A stretch of 64,000 bases of DNA from Magnetococcales bacterium (GTDB taxonomy: Bacteria > Pseudomonadota > Magnetococcia > Magnetococcales > UBA8363): positions 65,696-129,695 of the forward strand of contig PEAK01000002.1 of the NCBI GenBank assembly GCA_002753515.1, read 5' to 3'. The notes beneath the pieces were generated by a model. That model ran no database searches and was not told where the DNA came from. It saw only the letters and a list, made by a program, of their open reading frames with translations. This document shows positions 1-9,000 of this stretch, in pieces; position 1 is the first letter of the stretch, and each line of letters begins with the position of its first letter. The translations under genes and the position numbers were made by a program.

Positions 1-4
1 TTCG

Positions 5-3000
5 GTGGATGTTTCCGGGCAGAAGGGACAAAAAGGGGGCCGTGTCCGACTGCAAGCCGGAGATGCCAAGGCAAGCGAAAGAGGTGTTGCCAATCTGACG
101 GGATCCATCGATGCCTCCTCGGTGGACGATGCGGGTGGCATGGTCGATGTGTCATCCCGATACGCCTATGTTGGCGGAACCGTCACGACCAGCGGGAAAA
201 GTGGTGGCTCGGTCAAGGTCAAGGCGAAAGCCGTATTGCAAACCGCAGCGGTGCGTGCCGATGCGACCAAGGGACCGGGTGGCTCCGTGGAGGTTTCCGG
301 TTCCGAGGGTATCATCCAGACATCCGGTGCCAATACCACCGCGACCAGCGTTGACGGGGCTGGCGGCAGCGTCAGCCTGACAACCGGAGCCAACGGCAGG
401 ATATTCAGTTCGGGATACCTGGGTGCAACCGGTACGACGGGTGGTGACATCACTCTCCTGGGCAGCAGCATTGCTTTGGCTGCGGCAACCTTGGACGCCA
501 GCGGTGCCACCCGGGGGGGGAACATTGTGGTTGGGGGTGGTCTGCATGGCCAGGGTGATCTCAGGGCCTCCGATACGTTGATCAACCCCGCCACGGTTCT
601 CAATGCCGATGCCACCGGCAGTGGCAACGGTGGTACCATCGTCGTCTGGTCCGACACCACCACCACCTTTCAGGGCAGTGCCCGTGCCCGTGGCGGTTTG
701 AACGGCGGCAATGGTGGCCTGATCGAGATCTCCAGCGCCCAGCAATTGAACATGTTCGGAACCGGTGACGCCAGTGCTATCAAAGGCGATGCGGGCACGT
801 TGCTGCTCGACCCGAAAAATATCATCATCGATAGCACCGCCGGGGGCGTGGCACAATTTGACCTCATTGATCCCACGGAGGGTAACGGCACCACGCTTTT
901 CGGTAATGTCACGGTACAGTTATCCGACGGCACCATCGTGGTTACCAAACCGGGTGCCACCATCGGTGGGGCGGCGAACGCCGGGGCGGTCTATTTCTAC
1001 AATCCCACCACGGGTGCATTAACCGCTTCGTTTACCGGGTCCACTGCTGGGGATCAAGTCGGCTCCGGCGGTTCTTCCTACGGGGGTGGGAAGAATGGCG
1101 ATGGCATCACTTTCCTTAACTATACCAATTGGTATAATTTTTGGTATGGTCCCAATGCCTATACCTCTGATTTGGTTCGTGATGGAACCAAAGCCTATCT
1201 GATTGCCAGCCCATTTTGGAACAACGGTGCCGGAGCCGTTACCTGGGTGGCGGCTAATTCGACGATAAGCGGTGTTCTTTCTTCTGCCAATAGTTTCGTC
1301 GGTGCCGCTGCGGGAGACTCTATCGGTTTGGGAGCCAGTGGTCTGACTGCGAATACCGGCAATATCAACATATGGCTTTTGCCCAATAACAATTTCGTCA
1401 TTCCAAGCCCCATTTTCGGTAGCGGCAAGGGGGCGGTCACCTTTGGAACCGCAGCGGGAAAATTTGCCGATAACAGCAGCTTCCTCGGAACCGTCAGCAG
1501 TTCCAACAGCTTGATTGGCAGTACGGGCAACTATGCTGCCAACAACCTTGCGGGTGACCAAGTCGGAAGCGGCGGTTTGGTGATGTTAAAGAACAACAAT
1601 TTTGTCGTTCTCAGTCCCACCTGGAACAAATCGGCGGGTGCCGTGACCTTTGGAAATCAGGCGAGCGGCTTCACGAATGGTATCGGAACCTTGAGCGCCA
1701 CCAACAGCCTGATCGGGGCCACCGCCGGGACGATCTACCAAAATACGGTTTCCACCAATTATGCCGTCTTCGATGGCGATGGTGTGGGCAGTTCGACAAG
1801 TTACATCACGACCCTGTCGAGTGGGGACTATGTCGTTGCCAGTCCCGCCTGGAATCATGGCAAAGGGGCGGTGACCTTCGGGAGTGGTACGACGGGAAAA
1901 GTGGGCACGGTGGGTAGCGCGATCAGCCTGGTGGGAACGACCGGGGGCAGTGGCGATACCGGTGGTGGATTGTATTATACGAACAATAATGGCAACCGCA
2001 ATTATTACGGCAGCGATTTGTTGGGTTCAAGCGGTATCGCCGAACTGGGTAATGGTGCTTTCGTCATAAAGAGTCCCAGTTGGAACAGCAACAGGGGTGC
2101 CGTCACCTATGTCGCCAGCGGTACCACCGACCTGCACACCTTGACCGTCTCCGGTTCCAGCCTTGTCGGTTCGACGGCTGCTACCGGCGCGGGAACCTAT
2201 AACAGCAACCATGATTCCAATTTTGGTGGCGGTGACCAGGTCGGTGGGGTCACGGTACTGCCGAATTCCAATTATGTTGTCACGAGTAGCGTCTGGAATT
2301 CCTCGAAGGGGTCGGTGACCGTGGTCAGCGGCAGCAATGGTCATACCCTTCTGGGTTCCAACAACAGCGCCGGAGATACCGTATCGGCAACCAACTCGTT
2401 GGTGGGTGGCAGTGCAGGGGACGCCGTGGGAACGACGATCACCACGCTTTTCAACACCGACGCTACCAACAGCAACAAGTTTGTCGCCAGTTCATCGGGC
2501 TGGGGCAGTGGCAAGGGTGAAGTGACGCTGATCGACGGTGCCACTGGTCTGGTGGGTACCGTGTCATCGACCAATTCGCTGGTGGGTACCACCGCCTATG
2601 TGACCGGCTCCCTGGGTGGTGACAATGTTGGCAACAGTATCACCGCCCTGACCAATGGCAACTGGGTGATCACCAGTCCCAATTGGGCGAATTACAAGGG
2701 GGCGGTAACCTTTGTCGCCTCGGGCACAACGCCTACCGGGAATATCAGTTCCACGAACAGCTTGGTGGGTGCCACCGCCGCCAGCTACGGGACGGCCCCC
2801 TACACCAACGGCATCTGTACAACGTGCAGCAACGGCAGTCCCGCCTATTACGGCGGGGACCAGGTTGGCAGCGGTGGTATCTTTAAATTGACCAACAATA
2901 ATTTCCTGGTTTTCAGTCCAAACTGGTCTTCAAAGAAAGGTGCCGTCACCTTCGCTAATGGCAGCAGTGGAGCCATGTTGGATGGTACCACGTCACTCAA

Positions 3001-6000
3001 GGGTACCATTTCCGCCAGCAATTCGTTGGTGGGATCCAATGCCAGTACCGACTTCACCAGCAGCCAAACCGATAGCAACGGTACCGCGGTCACTTATACG
3101 GGATGGCGCTACACGGTGGGAGGCGATCAGGTCGGCTCTTCAGTTATCGGAACTCCGGTCGTAAGCCTGTCGAATGGCAATTTCGTCCTCTCCAGTTCCC
3201 ATTGGACCAAAGATACCGGAGCTTTAACTTTTGGTCGATCTGACGGAACGTTCGACGGAACCAATCCATTCATTGGAACCATCAGCAGTACCAACAGCCT
3301 GGTTGGCAGCACGGCCTCGGTGCAAACCAGTCCGGCTGACCTGACCAAGGCCAATCGCGCCCTTGACGATACCGGCGACAGGATTGGCAACGAAGGCATT
3401 GTCAGCTTGACGGGGGGGAATGGCAATTATCTGATTGGTAGCGGCTATTGGCAGGGGAGCAAAGGGGCTGTAACCTGGGGCAGCGGGACATCAGGCGTCA
3501 CGGGCGTTCTGAGTAGCAGCAACTCCCTGGTTGGCAGCACTTCCGGAACTTATAGCGGGACGGGTGACTCGGTTGGTTACGGCTTACCATGGTATATCTA
3601 TTATCTTCCAACTAATAATAACTATGTTATCCAAAGCCCCTACTGGAACAGTGCATTTGGTGCCTCTACCTATGGTACACCCAGCTCGTTAACACCGGGT
3701 GTCATTTCATCCAGCAACAGCCTGGTTGGCAGCCATGCGAACGATTATGCAGGTATTTCGGCCACCTATTTACCTTCGATCACCTCGCTGGGTGCTGGTG
3801 ATTATACGATCACCAGTTCAAACTGGAACAGTAATGCCGGGGCGGTCACCTGGAGCAACGGCACGGGGGCGGTTACAGGGGTCATCTCCACGAGCAACAG
3901 CATCACAGGTGCAACAACCCAATCTCCGGCGAATACGTATGCGCAATCCTTGATCGACTCCAAACAGTTCTTACTCAGTCTGGCAGGGGACGGCAGCGGG
4001 CGCGTCGTCCTTGCGCATACCGATCCGACAATCTGGACCTATTCCCGTGCCCAAGGGAACACGGTCAAGATCGGTCCGTCATTGCTGACAACCGCACTCA
4101 ATTCCGGTACCAACCTGGTCCTTCAGGCCAACAATGATATCACCGTCAACAGTTCGATCGTCACCAATGCCGCCTCAACGGCATCACTGTCACTGAGCGC
4201 CGGTCGCAGTGTCGTTATCGGCGCGGGTGTGAGCATCAATACTGGCAATGGCAATCTGACGGTATTGGCCAATGATTCGGTGGCCAACGGCGTTGTTGAT
4301 GCCAATCGCGACGCCGGCAATGCGGCCATCACCATGGATTCCACCGCCACACTATCGGCGGGAACCGGGACGATCACCCTGACCCTTGCCAGCAGTACCG
4401 ACAAGACTAATAACGCTGCCGGCGATATCAGCCTCGGAACGATCAACGCCTCCTCCGTTACAGTAAAGAATTTGGGATCGGCTGGCGGTGCCTTGACCCT
4501 CGGCGGTAAAATCACTGCTACCGCCACCGGTACCTCGATTCTTCTCGCGACCGGCGGTGTGTATACCAACGATTATGGTTCCAGCGCCGTCCTGGCTCCC
4601 GGGGCGGGACGTTATTTGCTGTATTCCGGCGATCCCCGCAACAACAAATTGAATGGCTCCGGCGGTGCTGCGGGAGCCGCTGACGGCACCAACCATCTTT
4701 TTGGTCAGACATTCACCGCCAATCCGCCCGCGTCCCAGGCGGCGAGCGGCAACTATTATCTCTACAGCGCCACGCCAACGCTTACGGTGACATCGAGCGG
4801 CTCGGTCGGTTACGGTGACACTTTGGGAAGTCTCACACCGCAGATCACCGGTTACATTGATGGCGATACGGTGACCACGGCGGTGTCGGGCTCCGCCTCC
4901 TATAGTTCAGCCTATGTCGCCGGGGATGCCGTTGGCAGCAACAAGGCGGTAACCGTTTCCCAGGGGACGCTGACCTCGCCTTTGGGATATATCTTCAGCT
5001 TTTCCAACGGCACGGTTAGCGTCACGGCCAAAACACTTACGGTCGCCCTGACAGGGACGGCGAGCAAAACCTACGATGCCACCAACACGGCGACATTGTC
5101 CGCTTCCAACTACCAATTGACCGGTCTTTACAACACGGACACGATTTCAATCAGCAAGACGGCGGCAACCTATGGCCAGACCGATGCCGGTACCGGGCTT
5201 GCGGTTTCGGTGACGGGGGGCCTGGTCAATGGTGATTTCTCCGCTGGAGCCGGTACAACGCTTGCCAACTATGTGTTACCCACTGGTGCCTTGTCGGGTA
5301 CCATCGGGACCATCAGCGCCAAAACGTTAACCGCCTCCTTGACGGGTGGTCCGATCAGCAAAGGATATGACGGCACCAATACCGCGACACTGACGGCGGC
5401 CAATTATTCCTTGAGCGGCCTGATCGGTGCGCAATCGATGACCGTCAACCAAACATCGGGAACGTATGCCCAGAGCGGCATTGGGACTAACCTTTCCGTT
5501 ACCAGCGCCACTCTGGCGAGCGGCAACTTCACCGCCGGTGCCGGTACCACATTGGCCAACTATGTCCTGCCCACCAGTGCGACCGGCAATATCGGTACCA
5601 TCACCACCAAAACCTTGACCGCTTCGCTGACGGGTACGGTGAGCAAAACCTACGACGGCGCCAATACGGCTACCCTCGCCGCAAACAATTATCAATTGAC
5701 CGGTCTGGCCAGTGGGGAATCCATCACCGTGAGCCAGACATCGGGAACTTATGGCCAAACCGGGGTTGGTACGAACATCAGCGTCAGCAGTGCCTCTCTC
5801 GTCAACGGTGACTTCACGGCGGGTGCTGGCACCTCGTTGGCCAACTATGTCCTTCCCAGTGGCGTCATTTCAGGAAATGTCGGTACCATCACCGCAAAAA
5901 CGTTGACGGCGACTCTGACGGGTACGGTCAGCAAAACCTACGACGGCAGCAATACCGCGACATTGGCTTCCAACAATTATTCGTTGAGCGGTTTGGTCGG

Positions 6001-9000
6001 CGCACAATCCATGACTGTGGGTCAAACCTCGGGAACCTACGCGCAAAGCAATGCCGGGACTAATCTGACCGTCACCAGCGCCACGTTGGCGGGCGGTGAC
6101 TTTACTGCTGGCGCCGGTACCTCGTTGACCAATTATGTTCTGCCGACGACTGCTTCCGGGGCTATCGGTACCATCAATGCGAAAACGTTAACGGCCTCCC
6201 TGACGGGCGGTCCCATAAGCAAAGGTTATGACGCGACCAATTCCGCGACGTTGGCTGCCAGCAACTATCAGTTGAATGGCTTGGTTGGCGCACAATCGAT
6301 CACCGTATCCCAAACATCAGGAACGTATGCTCAAAGCGCCGTTGGGACGAACATCAGCATTACCAGCGCCACGTTGGCGAGCAGCGACTTCACTGCCGGT
6401 GCTGGTACGACGTTGGGCAACTATGTGTTGCCCACGAGCGCCAGCGGGACTATCGGGACCATTACCACCAAGACGTTGACAGCGTCTTTGACGGGTACGG
6501 TGAGTAAAACCTACGATGGCACGAATACGGCGACACTGGCATCCAACAATTACCAGTTGACCGGTCTGGCCAATGGGGAATCCATCACCGTGAGCCAGGC
6601 ATCGGGAACTTTTGCTCAAAGCGATGCTGGAACAGGCATCAGTATCAGCAGTGCCAGTCTGGGTAACAGCAATTTTACCGCTGGCGCGGGCACGTCTCTC
6701 GCCAACTATGTATTACCCAGTGGTGTCATTTCAGGAAATATTGGCAGCATCACCGCCAAGACGTTAACGGCATCTTTGACGGGCGGGCCGGTCAGCAAAA
6801 CTTATGATGGCAGCACCAGCGCCACCCTCACCTCCAGCAACTATCAACTGAGCGGGTTGGTGGGAACACAATCCATCACGGTGGCGCAACCTGCGGCAAC
6901 CTACGCCCAGAGTGATGTTGGCAGCAACCTGACCACCAGTGCCACCCTGTCAAGTTCCAACTTTACCGCCGGTGCGGGTACGGTGTTGAGCAACTATGTG
7001 TTGCCGACGAGTGCCTCCGGTGCCATTGGCAGCGTCACCGCCAAGACGTTAACGGCGTCTTTGACGGGTACGGTGAGTAAAACCTACGATGGCGCGAATA
7101 CGGCAACGCTGGCAACCAGCAACTATCAACTCAGCGGTCTGGTTGGCAGCCAATCCATCACGGTGACGCAACCAGCGGCAACTTATGCCCAGAGTGATGT
7201 TGGCAGCAACCTGGCCACCAGTGCCACGCTGTCCAGTTCCAACTTTAGCGCCGGTGCCGGTACGGTGTTGAGCAACTATGTGTTGCCAACGAGTGCCTCC
7301 GGAGCCATTGGCAGCATTACGGCGAAGACGTTAACGGCGTCTTTGACGGGTACGGCGAGTAAAACCTACGATGGCGCAAATACCGCCACACTCACCTCCA
7401 GCAATTATCAACTGAACGGGTTGGTGGGAACACAATCCATCTCGGTGGCGCAGACGGCAGGAACCTACGCCCAGAGTGATGTCGGCAGCAACCTGACCAC
7501 CAGTGCCACGCTGACAAGCAGCAACTTTACCGGCGGTGCGGGTACGGTGTTGAGCAACTATGTGTTGCCGACGAGCGCCTCCGGAGCCATTGGCAGCATC
7601 ACCGCCAAGACGTTAACGGCGTCTTTGATCGGCGGGCCGGTTAGCAAAATTTACGATGGCACGAACACCGCTACACTTACCTCCAGCAATTATCAACTTA
7701 GCGGTCTGGTTGGCAACCAATCCATCACGGTGGCGCAATCGTTAGGAACCTACGCCCAGAGTGATGTCGGCAGCAACCTGGCCACCAGTGCCACGCTGTC
7801 CAGTTCCAACTTTAGCGCCGGTGCCGGTACGGTGTTGAGCAACTATGTGTTGCCAACGAGTGCCTCCGGAGCCATTGGCAGCATTACCGCCAAGACGTTA
7901 ACGGCGTCTTTGACGGGTACGGTGAGTAAAACCTACGATGGCGCGAATACGGCGACGCTGGCATCCAGTAACTATCAACTCAGCGGTCTGGTTGGCAACC
8001 AATCCATCACGGTGGCGCAATCGTTGGGAACTTATGCCCAGAGTGATGTCGGCAGCAACCTGACCACCAGTGCCACGCTGACAAGCAGCAACTTTACTGC
8101 CGGTTCGGGTACGGTGTTGAGCAACTATGTGTTGCCGACGAGCGCTTCCGGAGCCATTGGCAGCATCACCGCCAAGACGTTAACGGCGTCGTTGATTGGC
8201 GGGCCGGTCAGCAAAATTTACGATGGCACGAACACCGCCACGCTCACCTCCAGCAACTATCAACTCAGCGGTCTGGTTGGCAGCCAATCCATCACGGTGG
8301 CGCAACCATTGGGTATCTATGCCCAGAGTGATGTTGGCAGCAACCTGACCACCAGTGTCACTCTGACAAGTTCCAACTTTACCGGCGGTGCGGGTACGGT
8401 GTTGAGCAACTATGTGTTGCCGACGAGCGCCTCCGGAGCCATTGGCAGCATCACCGCCAAGACGTTAACGGCGTCTTTGACGGGTACGGTGAGTAAAACC
8501 TACGATGGCGCGAATACGGCGACGCTGGCATCCAACAACTATCAACTCAGCGGTCTGGTTGGCAACCAATCCATCACAGTGGCGCAATCGTTGGGAACCT
8601 ATGCCCAGGGTGATGTCGGCAGCAACCTGACCACCAGTGCCACCCTGTCAAGTTCCAACTTTACCGCCGGTACCGGTACGGTATTGAGTAACTATGTGTT
8701 GCCAACAAGCGCCTCCGGAGCCATTGGCAGCATTACGGCGAAGACGTTAACGGCGTCGTTGATCGGTGGGCCGGTCAGCAAAACCTACGATGGCACGAAT
8801 ACCGCCACACTCACCTCCAGCAACTATCAACTCAGCGGTCTGGTTGGCAACCAATCCATCACGGTGGCGCAACCAGCGGCAAGCTATGCTCAGAGTGATG
8901 TTGGCAGCAACCTGACCACCAGTGCCACGCTGACAAGTTCCAACTTTAGCGCCGGTACCGGTACGGTGTTGAGCAACTATGTGTTGCCGACGAGCGCCTC

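Noticed and set aside
152-856. Numerous 60-230-aa ORFs on both strands inside the giant exoprotein gene
   Set aside because: They are frame-shifted or antisense readings of a Gly/Thr/Ser-rich repetitive gene. No independent start signals are present, and their composition mirrors the host frame.
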